Assembly (NCBI GenBank): GCA_038247245.1
Contig: JBBRVE010000002.1
Coordinates: forward strand, 10,173-74,172
Length of the DNA stretch: 64,000 nucleotides
Direction: 5' to 3'
DNA from: Bdellovibrionales bacterium
GTDB taxonomy: Bacteria; Pseudomonadota; Alphaproteobacteria; Micavibrionales; UBA2020
The translations under genes and the position numbers were made by a program. How positions within the stretch are numbered: the stretch's first letter is position 1; every line of letters starts with the position of its first letter. Under the pieces are notes generated by a model, which ran no database searches, was not told the DNA's origin, and saw only the letters and a list, made by a program, of their open reading frames with translations. This document shows positions 54,340 to 64,000 of the stretch, piece by piece.

Positions 54340-55596
54340 ATGAAAAAGCCCCTCCACCATCATCTCTATTTCTGGGTGCTGTGCGCGATATTTATCGGCG
54401 GCGCGGGCGGCTATTTCCGGCCGGATGTGGCGGTGGAATCGAAACCGCTGGCGGACGGATTTATTTCTCTCATCAAAATGCTGATCGGGCCGATTGTATT
54501 CTGTACCATCGTGCTGGGCATCACGGCGGCGGGCGACATGAAAAAAGTCGGGCGCGTGGGCGTGAAGACGCTGTTCTATTTCGAAGTGATCTCGACAATC
54601 GCGCTGCTGATCGGCCTTGTGGTTGCCAATACGCTGAAACCGGGCGCAGGATTTAACGCGGATCCCGCGCAGCTGGATGCCTCGGCGGTCGCCAGCTACG
54701 CACAGGCCGCGCATGACCAGACCACGACGGGATTCTTGCTGCATATCATCCCGAAAACCTTCACCGACGCCTTTACCGGCACGGGCGATCTGCTGCAGGT
54801 GCTGCTGGTGGCTATCCTGTTCGGCTATGCGCTCAACCGCATGGGCACAAAGGGCACGGCGGTCCATGAATTCATCGAACAGGCATCCCACATCTTTTTC
54901 GCCATGATGAACGTCATTATGCGCCTTGCCCCCATCGGCGCGGGTGCGGCGATGGCCTTCACGATTGGCAAATACGGCGTTGAATCGCTGAAACCGCTGC
55001 TGGCGCTGATGGGGGCGTTTTACCTGACCTGTATTATTTTTATCGGCGCGGTGCTGGGTATTGTGGCGCGCATCGCGGGGTTCTCCCTCTGGCGTTTCCT
55101 GCGTTACATCAAGGAAGAAATTCTGATCGTGCTGGGCACATCGTCATCCGAAAGCGTGCTGGCGCCGCTGATGGCAAAACTGGAAAAACTCGGTTGCGGG
55201 CGCGGCACGGTGGGCTTGGTCATTCCGGCGGGATATTCCTTTAACCTCGATGGCACGAATATTTACCTGACCCTGGCCGCGCTGTTCGTGGCGCAGGCGC
55301 TGAACATCGACCTTACATGGGGGCAACAGGCCGCAATTCTGGGCGTGGCGCTGCTGACATCAAAGGGCGCATCGGGTGTGACGGGGGCGGGATTCATTAC
55401 GCTGGCCGCGACGCTGGCGGTGGTGCCGCACGTGCCGGTTGCGGGGCTCGCCCTCATCCTCGGCATCGACCGTTTTATGTCGGAAGCGCGCGCCATCACC
55501 AACCTGATCGGCAACGGCGTTGCCGCCATTGTCATTTCGAAATGGGAGAAAGACCTTGATGTGAAGGCCTTTAACCGCGAACTGGCGAAATCATGA
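54340..55596 (+). CDS. dctA: C4-dicarboxylate/cation symporter (DAACS family)
   Basis: Start at [14 protein letters not shown]. Motifs [21 protein letters not shown] and FITLAATLA are typical of DctA. Confidence 0.92.
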   Translation: MKKPLHHHLYFWVLCAIFIGGAGGYFRPDVAVESKPLADGFISLIKMLIGPIVFCTIVLGITAAGDMKKVGRVGVKTLFYFEVISTIALLIGLVVANTLKPGAGFNADPAQLDASAVASYAQAAHDQTTTGFLLHIIPKTFTDAFTGTGDLLQVLLVAILFGYALNRMGTKGTAVHEFIEQASHIFFAMMNVIMRLAPIGAGAAMAFTIGKYGVESLKPLLALMGAFYLTCIIFIGAVLGIVARIAGFSLWRFLRYIKEEILIVLGTSSSESVLAPLMAKLEKLGCGRGTVGLVIPAGYSFNLDGTNIYLTLAALFVAQALNIDLTWGQQAAILGVALLTSKGASGVTGAGFITLAATLAVVPHVPVAGLALILGIDRFMSEARAITNLIGNGVAAIVISKWEKDLDVKAFNRELAKS

Positions 55597-55712
55597 AAAT
55601 AAACGAACAATTTGATGCAATTACCGTCTAAATAAACCTTTTTTCCGCGCAGGGGAGGCGCGGGATATGCCGTATCAGTCTATATCCCCGCGCCTTGAAA
55701 GGGTCTTTTGCC

Positions 55713-56660
55713 ATGTCATTCCGTTTTATTGCCTTTGTTTTTGCAGCACTTGTTCTTTTCTTTCCCGCAACATCCCATGCCGACCCCATCGGCACGGTCG
55801 TTGAAATCGAAGGCACGGCGACGATTTCAAGACTGGGCGGCACGCCCTTCGGCCTGAAGCTGGAAGATAAAATTGAACTGGGCGATGTGGTGGCAACCGG
55901 CGAAAAATCGCGCCTGTTCATTTTGCTGGCTGACAACACCGAATGGACCCTGTCGGAAAATTCGCGCTTCAAGGTCGATGAATATGTTTTTGATTCACAA
56001 GACAGCACCTATAACCGGGCCCGTTATTCCGTGCTGCAGGGCGGCTTCCGTTATGTCAGCGGGCTGGTTGCGAAAAAAGAATATCCCGATGTCGGCATCG
56101 AAAGCCCCGCCGGCACCATCGGCATCCGTGGCACCGATATTACAGTCGCCCCCGATACAGATGGCAGCTATGACGTTTATGTCGATGACGGCCAGATCGA
56201 TGTGGCAAGCGGCGGCGGAACCGCGGTGTTGAAAAAAGGACAGGGCACCATGATCGCGCGGCGGGGCGCGAAGCCCGTGGGTGCCGGCGAATGGAAACAG
56301 GGCCGTCTTGCGCGGTTGCGCGACGCGCTGAAGCTCCGCCATGAAGGCGATGTACGCGCCCGCATCCAGAAAATGCAGCCGCGCCAGATGGAAATGCGCA
56401 AAAATCTGCGCGAAAAACTGATGCAGAAACGCAGCCCCGGCAACAAGGAAAAACTGCAGGAGGAACGCCAGCAGAAACAGGAACTGCGCCGCGAAAAAGC
56501 CGATAAGCGCAAGGCCACGATGGAACAGCGTCGCGAAAAAGCCGATGAACGCCGCGACACATGGAACGGGAAAGTAAATGGCGACGCGGATGATGCGACA
56601 CCCGCGGAAAAAGCACGCCTCCGCCTGCAACTGCTGCAACAGCGCCGCCAGCAACGTTAA
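55713..56660 (+). CDS. FecR-domain protein with signal peptide and highly charged K/R/E/Q-rich C-terminus
   Basis: Signal peptide MSFRFIAFVFAALVLFFPATSHA. The motif G.V.....G.A.I.R.......L...D.I..GD.V.TG..SR....L.D resembles a FecR domain. Confidence 0.7.
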   Translation: MSFRFIAFVFAALVLFFPATSHADPIGTVVEIEGTATISRLGGTPFGLKLEDKIELGDVVATGEKSRLFILLADNTEWTLSENSRFKVDEYVFDSQDSTYNRARYSVLQGGFRYVSGLVAKKEYPDVGIESPAGTIGIRGTDITVAPDTDGSYDVYVDDGQIDVASGGGTAVLKKGQGTMIARRGAKPVGAGEWKQGRLARLRDALKLRHEGDVRARIQKMQPRQMEMRKNLREKLMQKRSPGNKEKLQEERQQKQELRREKADKRKATMEQRREKADERRDTWNGKVNGDADDATPAEKARLRLQLLQQRRQQR

Positions 56661-56673
56661 AAAAGACGAAGCG

Positions 56674-57564
56674 TCAGGAAATCGCGGCGATCAGTTTCAG
56701 GATGCTGGAGAAATCCAGCTTGCCGCTGCCCTGCGCGCTGTGGCGACGGTACATGTCGCGTGCAACCGCGCCCAGCTGGGTATTCGCGCCGGATGCGGCT
56801 GCGGCCTCCGCTGCCAATCCTAAATCCTTCAGCATCAGATCGGTGCCGAACCCGCCCGCGTAATCGCGCGCGGCGGGCACATTTTCCATCACGCCCGGCC
56901 ACGGGTTATACACTTCGGTCGACCAGTTGCGGCCCGAACTTTTCGCGATGATGCCGGACAGGATTTTGGGATCAAGGCCGTTGGCAACGCCCAGCGCCAG
57001 CGCTTCGGCCGTCCCGATCATGTGGATCGCCAGCAGCATGTTGTTGCATATCTTCGCCATCTGGCCTGCGCCATTATCGCCCGCATGAAAAATATTCTTG
57101 CCCATTTTTTCGAACAACGGGTGCGCGCGATCCAGCGCGGCCCGGTCGCCGCCGACGATAAAGGTGAGCGTGGCCGCAGCCGCACCTGCCGTGCCGCCCG
57201 ATACGGGGGCGTCCAGCATCGCGAAACCGTGCGACGCAGCGGCCTCGGCTATTTCCTTCGCGGCATCGGCGTTGATCGTGCTGCAATCGATCAGCAGCGC
57301 GCCCTTTTTCGCATGTGCGATGATGCCATCCGGGGCAAGGTACGCCTTGCGGCTGTGGTCGGTGGCGGGCAGCATGGTGATGACGATATCGGCATGGCTG
57401 ACGCAAGTCGCGATGGCGGCGCAGGCGGATGCGCCCGCCTTCACAAGGTCATCCACAACGGCGGGCACAAGGTCGAACACGGTCAGCGCGTAACCCGCCT
57501 TCAACAGGTTCTGCGCCATCGGCGCGCCCATATTGCCCAGTCCGATAAAAGCGATGTTTTGCAT
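56674..57564 (-). CDS. mmsB: 3-hydroxyisobutyrate dehydrogenase
   Basis: 296 aa. IAFIGLGNMGAPMAQNLLKAGY, DAPVSGG and KICNN are typical of the HIBADH family. Confidence 0.9.
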   Translation of the reverse strand: MQNIAFIGLGNMGAPMAQNLLKAGYALTVFDLVPAVVDDLVKAGASACAAIATCVSHADIVITMLPATDHSRKAYLAPDGIIAHAKKGALLIDCSTINADAAKEIAEAAASHGFAMLDAPVSGGTAGAAAATLTFIVGGDRAALDRAHPLFEKMGKNIFHAGDNGAGQMAKICNNMLLAIHMIGTAEALALGVANGLDPKILSGIIAKSSGRNWSTEVYNPWPGVMENVPAARDYAGGFGTDLMLKDLGLAAEAAAASGANTQLGAVARDMYRRHSAQGSGKLDFSSILKLIAAIS

Positions 57565-57675
57565 ATGCTAATCCCTGATTTGATAAGGGAGGATAGGCCG
57601 TGGCAGGGGTTGACGCAAGCCACCCGCGGACTATGTTATATAGGCCTCTTTTCAACCAGACCGGAGCCGCCAGAC

Positions 57676-58293
57676 ATGATCAAGACTCTCGCTTTCGCAA
57701 CCGTTGCCGTCCTTGGCCTGGCGCTTGCTGATCCCGCTTATGCGGCGACCGCTACCGTCGGCAAAAAAGCGCCCGATTTCACGCTGCCCGCCGCCGATGG
57801 CGCAGATGTGGCGCTGTCGTCCTTTGCCGGAAAAATCACCGTGCTGGAATGGCACAACAAGGGCTGTCCCTTCGTGAAAAAACATTACGGTTCGGGCAAT
57901 ATGCAGGCGCTGCAAAAAGAATTCACCGCCAAAGATGTCGTATGGCTGACGATCAATTCGTCGGCACCCGGCAAGCAGGGCCATGAAACCGCCGCCGAAG
58001 CGCTGGAAACCGCGAAATCCGACGGAGCAGCGCCCACCCATATCCTGCTCGATGAAAAGGGCGAAGTGGGCAAGCTGTACGGTGCGACCACCACGCCCAC
58101 CATGGCCGTGATCGACAAGGAAGGCAAACTTGTGTACCAAGGCGCGATTGACGACAAATCATCGCCCGACCCCGAAGACATCAAGGACGCGAAAAATTAT
58201 GTGCGCGCCGCGATCGAGGCCGTGATGGCGGGCAAGCCTGTTGAAGTCTCCACCACCAAATCCTATGGCTGCGGCGTGAAATACGCGGACTGA
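57676..58293 (+). CDS. secreted thioredoxin-fold redoxin (AhpC/TSA-like)
   Basis: Signal peptide, GKKAPDFTLP, a single-Cys motif WHNKGCPFV, and TPTMAVIDKEGKLVYQGAIDD. This is the real part of fused ORF 57022..58293. Confidence 0.85.
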   Translation: MIKTLAFATVAVLGLALADPAYAATATVGKKAPDFTLPAADGADVALSSFAGKITVLEWHNKGCPFVKKHYGSGNMQALQKEFTAKDVVWLTINSSAPGKQGHETAAEALETAKSDGAAPTHILLDEKGEVGKLYGATTTPTMAVIDKEGKLVYQGAIDDKSSPDPEDIKDAKNYVRAAIEAVMAGKPVEVSTTKSYGCGVKYAD

Positions 58294-58308
58294 TATTTCC
58301 CGGCTTTG

Positions 58309-58812
58309 TTATTGGGAATCCGCCGGTCCGTTGGGCCGGCGGAATTTCATGAGCAGGCGCGCGACGAACAATCCGGTCGCCGCCGCCATGGAGGTCAGCA
58401 GCGTCGACAGCGTTTCCGGCGTCATGCCGCGCCGGTTGCTCATGGCGGCATCCATCACGAAATAATCGACCAGGAACACGAATGCGCCCACGATCAGCCC
58501 CATCACGGCCAGATCCTTGCGCAAACCCATCAGCGTGTCACGGCGGCGCTCGGGGGCCAGCCAGTAATCCTTGTTCGGGATGTTCAGGTATTTGACCGGC
58601 AGGCGCGATACCAGATAACCGCCGCCCGCGAAAATGCAGCTCATGAACACGACGAAGCCGATATGGAACATCGCGAAATCCTGCCGCGACATGCTGCGCG
58701 TCGGCGTGCCGTTGATGTCGAACTGCGTGGATATGATCTCTGGCAGCATCGTATAGTTATGCGCCAGCTGCAGCAGTACCAACACATAAAAAATCAGGTA
58801 AGCGGGCAGCAT
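58309..58812 (-). CDS. hypothetical membrane protein (DUF1648-like)
   Basis: 167 aa with 4 hydrophobic helices. The N-terminal helix followed by LPE.I.T.F...G.P is recalled from DUF1648/SdpI-type proteins. Confidence 0.55.
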   Translation of the reverse strand: MLPAYLIFYVLVLLQLAHNYTMLPEIISTQFDINGTPTRSMSRQDFAMFHIGFVVFMSCIFAGGGYLVSRLPVKYLNIPNKDYWLAPERRRDTLMGLRKDLAVMGLIVGAFVFLVDYFVMDAAMSNRRGMTPETLSTLLTSMAAATGLFVARLLMKFRRPNGPADSQ

Positions 58813-58854
58813 GTTCGCGTATCCTTGTTGCAGACGTGTTTATTCCGGTTAATT

Positions 58855-59643
58855 TTATTCCAGATTAACGATGGCCTGTCCCGCGCCGCGCGGGATTTCC
58901 TTGACGAAGCCGGATGAGTCGGCGCTCATGTTATACCGCTTCAGCAAGACTTCGCCGATGCCGACCATGCGGTTGGAATGCTTCAAATCCATTTCCACCC
59001 ATGCGACAAGGTTATCGACGGGCAGCCATTCTATGGCCTTCGGGTGTTCGGATCTGGGGTTGTAGATGGAAATGATCGTGTGGAACACATATTCCTCATG
59101 CGCGACCAGCACGAATTCCACCTGACCCGGCTTGAATTTATGCAGGCGGCGGTAATCGGCCAGAATTTTATGCGTCTCCGGCTTGTTCGGCATGAAGACC
59201 TTATAGCGGCAGCCCCGCGCCAGCGATGCCTCGACCGCCTGAAAAATTTCGGTGCCCGGCTGGATGGAATAGGTCAACTCCGGCGCGAACGCCCAGACCT
59301 CGTCCGATCCCGTCTCCAGCATCGACACGTATTTCTGGTTCACCAGCCAGTTGAGGTTGTTGGAGAGGATCATGTTGTTCAGCACTTCCAGACGCTGGTC
59401 GAAATAATCCTGGTTGTGCAGTTTGTTGATCGATGCGGTCACGATCATGTTGAGCGTGATGACGGTGATGAAAACGCCCGCCGCCACCGCCAGCGCCACG
59501 CCCGACATCTGGTCTTTGATCGCATCGAGGCTCATCGCCATGATGATGATCGCAACACCCGTCGCCGCCACGAAGATGGGGCTGTGGAATACGCGGTAGG
59601 TGATGTTCTCGTGAGATTTTTTCTTGTTCGCTGAATCCGCCAT
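58855..59643 (-). CDS. hypothetical membrane-anchored protein (2 TM helices plus a ~190-aa soluble domain)
   Basis: Start placed at MADSANKKK (ATG 59643). The longer ORF N-terminus is implausible. Confidence 0.6.
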   Translation of the reverse strand: MADSANKKKSHENITYRVFHSPIFVAATGVAIIIMAMSLDAIKDQMSGVALAVAAGVFITVITLNMIVTASINKLHNQDYFDQRLEVLNNMILSNNLNWLVNQKYVSMLETGSDEVWAFAPELTYSIQPGTEIFQAVEASLARGCRYKVFMPNKPETHKILADYRRLHKFKPGQVEFVLVAHEEYVFHTIISIYNPRSEHPKAIEWLPVDNLVAWVEMDLKHSNRMVGIGEVLLKRYNMSADSSGFVKEIPRGAGQAIVNLE

Positions 59644-59955
59644 GCAAAAATTCCCCCATATTCTGTTTAACAGGGAAAGGTTAAGGAAGGCTGATATACC
59701 GTTGACATAAAAGTTGATTCGGTTTGAAACGCCGGATTTGGGGCGTTCAAACGTAACGCTGGTGTTATGCGGGGGAAGCTTTTGAAAAAAGTTTTTTCCG
59801 CGCAAGCGGTTCAACAGGCGCGGCAAAGCGTTGTCACAAACGCGTTGTTACGAAAAATTACATTGAATCCTGAGGTCAAAGTTGAGAGAATCCAGTTAGG
59901 CTCTATAGCCGCGCGCCGCGGTATAGAACCTCCCGGAAAATCAGAACTTAGCCGC

Positions 59956-61662
59956 TTAGAACTTGCCAGTGATCGTCGCGAACAGGCGGGGGTTGTCGTC
60001 GCCTTCCGTCTGCACATCGGCGGTCATCGGCACGGCAACTTCGAGCGTACCCGCAAAGCGGTCGTCGAGGTTAACGCGCGCGCCACCGCCAGCCGACACG
60101 ATGGAACGGCGGCGGTCGCGGGGAACAGCGTTGTCGGGGTCATGCACTTCGCCGCCATCGACGAAGGTGTAAAGCTGCAGCAGGTTGACGGGCAGCGCGA
60201 CCGGATTGTTGGCGCGCAGCTCGAGCCGCGCGGCATAGCCGTCTTCGCCCGTGATTTCCGAGTTGTCGTAGGCGCTGCCGTAATTGACGCCGCCCACGCC
60301 GAATTCCTCCGATGCCAGAAGCGTCTGCGAAGAAAGCTGGCCGGTTGCGGACAGGAAGGCCTCGAAAATATTCGTGATGCGCTGTACGCGGCTGACTTCC
60401 GCGTTCATCTTGAAGAACTGCGGATCGCCAAGCGCGCGGGTCAGGCGTGCATCGCCCTTGTCGCTCGCGTTCAGGAAGCTGATGCCCTTGCTGGCTTCGC
60501 CAGACAGGGTGTTGACGCCAAGCCAGCTGTCGGTGAACTGGAACGTCCCGCCGGCGCGCAGGACGCGCAGACGGTCTTCGGCGCCGCCGCCCGGGATGTT
60601 GTCGGTACGCTCGGAATTCAGATAGTTGAATTTCAGCGTGCCATACAGGTTCATGTTGCGCGAACGGATGAAGGGGTGCGTGAGGTCGAGATTGACGGCC
60701 TTCGCCTTGCCGTTCACATCGAACGGCGTCAGCGTGAAGCCGGGATCGGTGTCGGTGATGCTGATGCTGGTCGACAGTTTCGTGCCTTCATGGTTCAGCG
60801 GCTGCTGCCAGGTAAACGCGCCAAAGGCCAGTTCACGCTCCGACCACATGCCGTCGGGAGTCAGCACGCCCTGAAAATTCAGGCCTTCATAGAGGCCAAG
60901 GGCGTTGTTGAAACGCACGCCCGCGTTCAGCTGCAACGGGCCGAGGAAGCGCGTACCGCGGTTATCGACCTGAAAGAACGCATCGAAGGGTTTCTGGTCA
61001 ACAACCAGCGTAATGTCGGTCGCGCCGGGTGTTTTCGACGGCGACAACACCGCGCGCGCATTCATGCCGGCAAGGTCGTTGATAAGAAGAACGTAACGCT
61101 CGAGTGCTTTGGAATTCAGAGGTTTCTGCGCGCGCAATTTCGCGGCATAACCCTCCAGCCAGCCGGGATTGGCGCGGGATGATCCCTGAATGGTGACGTT
61201 TTCGACAAAGCCTTCGACCACGCGCAGCTTCACATGGCCGCCATCGATGGTTTGCGGGGGCACGACAACCTGCGTCAGGATGTAGCCGTCGTTGCGGTAT
61301 TTGGCGGTCAGGCGGTCGGCGATGCCAAACACATCGGCGAGCGTGATGGTCGTGCCGATCATGCTGTCATAGACGCTGTGGATCTGCACATCGTCGTAAA
61401 CGGTCTGGCCTTCGATAGCGACGGATTTCAGGACCAGTTTTACTTTTTCCGCGCCTGCGGGGGCGGTGATGGCGCCACCGGTCTGGATCTTGGTGCCGAC
61501 TTCGGGCAGCGTTTGTGTTTGCATCGGGGCGATCTGGCCGCCGGCGCGCGAACCTTCCGCCGATGACGGCACGGCCTGTGCGTAGGCTTGCGATGCGAAC
61601 AGCGTCGCGGCTGTCATCATGGAAAAAAGAAGCTTCGGAAACTTGATCATGTCTGTGCCCAA
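59956..61662 (-). CDS. ShlB/FhaC/HecB-family outer-membrane transporter (TpsB, POTRA plus beta-barrel)
   Basis: 568 aa. Signal peptide, POTRA region (V.IEG.TVY....I...Y...IG..IT.AD.....RLT..YRNDGYIL..V..P.Q.I..G.V.L.V.EG) and a C-terminal barrel ending ATITGKF. Confidence 0.92.
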   Translation of the reverse strand: MGTDMIKFPKLLFSMMTAATLFASQAYAQAVPSSAEGSRAGGQIAPMQTQTLPEVGTKIQTGGAITAPAGAEKVKLVLKSVAIEGQTVYDDVQIHSVYDSMIGTTITLADVFGIADRLTAKYRNDGYILTQVVVPPQTIDGGHVKLRVVEGFVENVTIQGSSRANPGWLEGYAAKLRAQKPLNSKALERYVLLINDLAGMNARAVLSPSKTPGATDITLVVDQKPFDAFFQVDNRGTRFLGPLQLNAGVRFNNALGLYEGLNFQGVLTPDGMWSERELAFGAFTWQQPLNHEGTKLSTSISITDTDPGFTLTPFDVNGKAKAVNLDLTHPFIRSRNMNLYGTLKFNYLNSERTDNIPGGGAEDRLRVLRAGGTFQFTDSWLGVNTLSGEASKGISFLNASDKGDARLTRALGDPQFFKMNAEVSRVQRITNIFEAFLSATGQLSSQTLLASEEFGVGGVNYGSAYDNSEITGEDGYAARLELRANNPVALPVNLLQLYTFVDGGEVHDPDNAVPRDRRRSIVSAGGGARVNLDDRFAGTLEVAVPMTADVQTEGDDNPRLFATITGKF

Positions 61663-61784
61663 TTTTTTAGATGGCGGCGATAAATATGCCGCGGCAGGCT
61701 GAATGCCCGTTCTGGTGTCATTATAAAGAAAAGAACATTTAATTCAAAAAGTTAATCGGGTTTCCGGAAGCAACCATAAGAAAA

Positions 61785-61817
61785 CCCCCCGTTGCGTGAT
61801 TATTCTGCAACGGGGGG
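61785..61817 (-). terminator. rho-independent terminator after the beta-helix gene
   Basis: CCCCCCGTTGC / GCAACGGGGGG 11-bp stem, followed on the minus strand by TTTTCTT. Confidence 0.8.
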
Positions 61818-61849
61818 TTATGGATAGGATTGGTTAACGTCGATGCCGC

Positions 61850-64000
61850 TTACTGCTGGCAGCTGGCGTTATCGGCCAGAATGCTGGTCGCATCGTCGTT
61901 CAGGTTGATGTTGACGTTCGTGCCCGCGCCAACCGCGCCCCAGCATGCGGAGCTGTTACCGCCCGCTGCAGGTTCGATGCTGGCCAGTGCCGCCGCGTCG
62001 GGTGCGCCCTGATCGTCGCCACCGGCTGCCGGCGCGATATCCGCCAGGTCCTGGATGGAGAAGAAGTGGCTGGTCGGGCCCGTCGGGATCGTCGGCAATG
62101 CCAGAACCGTGATGCCTGCCTTGCCGGGGCGATAGCCGTTGCCCTTCACTTTTTGCAGGATCTGGTTGTCGTCGAAGTCAAAGAAACCCGCGAAGATCTG
62201 GCCGAGGCTGTTGTTGTCGTCGTAATCATTCAACATCGCCTCGATCGCCAGATACTGCGCGCGCGTCATGTGGCCGCCCGATACGCCGTCATAGGTTGCC
62301 TGTGTGCCGTCGATGATCGTGGGCGAACCCGGATCAAAGAACGCGCCGTTTTGCAGGTCGACGTAGTAGTTGGTCTGCTGCTCGAACACTTGCGCGCCCA
62401 AGCTGTCATCCACCAGTTGCAGGAAGGCATTGGTGTAACCGGGGCCTTCCTGTTGCGGGCCTTCGGCGATCGATGCGACCGGGTAATCGTAGTAGGGATA
62501 GTACGCGGTCGACGGCTCGAAGCGCAGCGCAACGGAACCACCCGTGAAGGTGTTGCCCTTGCCTGTCAGGTCGATCAGGCCGGAACCGATCCACGCGCCG
62601 ATATCATTCTGCGTGAAGCGGTTGTCCGAAATCTGGATCGTGCCGTTGTTGAACGCGCGGGCATCGAGGCCGACATTGTTGTTCACGATGTCGTTGTCGT
62701 TGACCAGCACGTTGCCGACGCCGCTGAAATCGCCATACAGGCCGTTGGTGACCTGCGGTTTGACCTCGCCTTCGCCGTAGAAGCGTTCGTTGTCGCCAAG
62801 GCGGATGCCGGTCGTCGGGCCGTAATTGCCTTCGTAGTAGCGGTTCTGGTTTTCGTTGTCGCCTTCTTCGCCGGCGGTTGCTGCGTAATTGCCGGTGACG
62901 GTGTTGCCCTGGATGATGATGCGGCCGTCGCGGGCTTCATCATTCGCGGCCAGGCGGAGGTAATTAGTGCCGGGCTCCTCGTTGCCGGATTCTTCGTCGG
63001 TCGGCAGTTCGGGTTCGGGGACAACGCCGTTGCTATACGCAACCTGGATGCCATCGTCGCCATAGTTGGAAACCATGTTGCCCAGGATGTGGATGCTGTC
63101 GGCGAAGTAAGCCTGGATGCCGTCGTTTGCCACGAACTTGACGCAGTTGTCGATGACGTCGACAGCATCCGAATACAGGACGCGGACGCCGTTGAAGAAG
63201 TTTTCGACATGGTTGCCGGCAATCAATGCGCCGTCGCTCGAGATCACTTCGATGCCGTTGTTGTTGCCGCCATTCACCTTGTTGCCGGTGATGGAAAGGT
63301 CGCTGACGGTGTCGGCGGTGATGCCGTTGCTGTTGACGTCGCTGACGTCGTTGTTGTTGATCGCAATATTGTCGCCGCCGTAAACCACGATGCCGTCGTT
63401 ATAGGTGACGCCGTTCACGGTGTTGTAGGCGATGGTCACGTCGCGGCTGCCGTTCACGGCGACGCCGTTCAGGAAGCTGTCGGTGACCGCGTTGCCGATG
63501 ATCGCGGTTGCGTCGGCGTTTTCGGCGTAGATGCCGTTTTCGCCGCTGCCGTTGACCGCGTTCAGGGCGATCAGCGTTGCAAAGCTGTCGGTCACTTCGA
63601 TGCCGTTGCCGTTCGACGCGTTGACCACGTTTGCCGCGATGACCGTGCCGAATGCGTTATTAACGTCGATGCCGTCATCGTTCGAGGTCGAAACCGTGTT
63701 CAGCGCGATGATCGTGCCAGCCGCGTTTTTCACATGGATGCCGTCGTTGCCGGAGGCGCTGATGTTATTCAGCGCGACCAGGGTGCCAGCCGCATTGCCA
63801 AGTTCAATGCCGTTGTCGCCGGCGCGTTCAACCTTGTTCAGCGCGATGTTGGTCAGGAAGGCGTTGTCGACGTCGATGCCGTCGTCTTGTGCGTCCGACA
63901 CATGGTTCAGGGAAATGTCGGTTGCGCCTGCGTTCTTCACGCGGATGCCGTCATTGCCCGCGCCGTCAACACGGTTCAGGTGAATGCCGGTCGCAACGGC
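61850..64000 (-). CDS. large parallel beta-helix (PbH1) repeat protein, N-terminus outside the window
   Basis: The frame stays open to position 64000 (..AVATGIHLNRVDGAGNDGIRV precedes the ORF-track start). It holds 22-23-aa repeats N.(V/I)..(S/A).(D/N)(D/N)GI.V..A..T.I..N, and the C-terminal region contains two (I/L)(A/E)PAAGG motifs. Confidence 0.85.
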   Translation of the reverse strand, partial: AVATGIHLNRVDGAGNDGIRVKNAGATDISLNHVSDAQDDGIDVDNAFLTNIALNKVERAGDNGIELGNAAGTLVALNNISASGNDGIHVKNAAGTIIALNTVSTSNDDGIDVNNAFGTVIAANVVNASNGNGIEVTDSFATLIALNAVNGSGENGIYAENADATAIIGNAVTDSFLNGVAVNGSRDVTIAYNTVNGVTYNDGIVVYGGDNIAINNNDVSDVNSNGITADTVSDLSITGNKVNGGNNNGIEVISSDGALIAGNHVENFFNGVRVLYSDAVDVIDNCVKFVANDGIQAYFADSIHILGNMVSNYGDDGIQVAYSNGVVPEPELPTDEESGNEEPGTNYLRLAANDEARDGRIIIQGNTVTGNYAATAGEEGDNENQNRYYEGNYGPTTGIRLGDNERFYGEGEVKPQVTNGLYGDFSGVGNVLVNDNDIVNNNVGLDARAFNNGTIQISDNRFTQNDIGAWIGSGLIDLTGKGNTFTGGSVALRFEPSTAYYPYYDYPVASIAEGPQQEGPGYTNAFLQLVDDSLGAQVFEQQTNYYVDLQNGAFFDPGSPTIIDGTQATYDGVSGGHMTRAQYLAIEAMLNDYDDNNSLGQIFAGFFDFDDNQILQKVKGNGYRPGKAGITVLALPTIPTGPTSHFFSIQDLADIAPAAGGDDQGAPDAAALASIEPAAGGNSSACWGAVGAGTNVNINLNDDATSILADNASCQQ

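Noticed and set aside
1-64000. Search for CRISPR arrays, rRNA genes, IS transposases, reverse transcriptases (retron/DGR) and T6SS genes.
   Set aside because: I saw no regularly spaced direct repeats, no rRNA-like segments, no DDE transposase or RT motifs, and no VgrG/Hcp/PAAR/TssB-C-like ORFs anywhere in the window.

Overview
This is a GC-rich chromosome segment of alphaproteobacterial type. The evidence is a GAAC-N7-GAAC SOS box upstream of uvrA and housekeeping genes uvrA, ssb, xseA, tadA, a pseudouridine synthase, dctA, mmsB, an enoyl-CoA hydratase and two CPA2 antiporters. The main accessory feature is a genomic island of about 20.7 kb in tRNA-Arg(ACG). It is bounded by a 45-bp direct repeat (20912-20956 and 41603-41647) and carries a P4-type integrase, an AlpA-like HTH protein and paired AAGTGACC arm-like repeats at both ends. 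Its cargo is a polymorphic-toxin arsenal on the minus strand: a Sec-signal Rhs/YD-repeat protein (1465 aa) with an overlapping immunity gene, then four orphan Rhs C-terminal toxin/immunity cassettes. Each orphan has its own Shine-Dalgarno-like motif and an in-frame TTG. The array is split by a nested element of about 7 kb that is visibly more GC-rich. This element looks like an integrative mobilizable element: tyrosine recombinase, zf-CHC2/Toprim primase with a P-loop domain, XRE regulator, MobA/MobL relaxase and an RSF1010-like oriT nick motif. Other points worth a second look: a translationally coupled tandem array of paralogous hypothetical genes at the window start; an unassigned 300-bp region bracketed by two minus-strand terminators next to uvrA; a probable frameshift at a C5 run in a Sel1-repeat gene; a low-GC islet with decayed toxin/immunity-like genes; and a window-truncated parallel beta-helix repeat protein next to a ShlB/FhaC-type transporter. 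No CRISPR array, rRNA or transposase was seen. All functional calls rest on motif recognition by eye, not on database searches.
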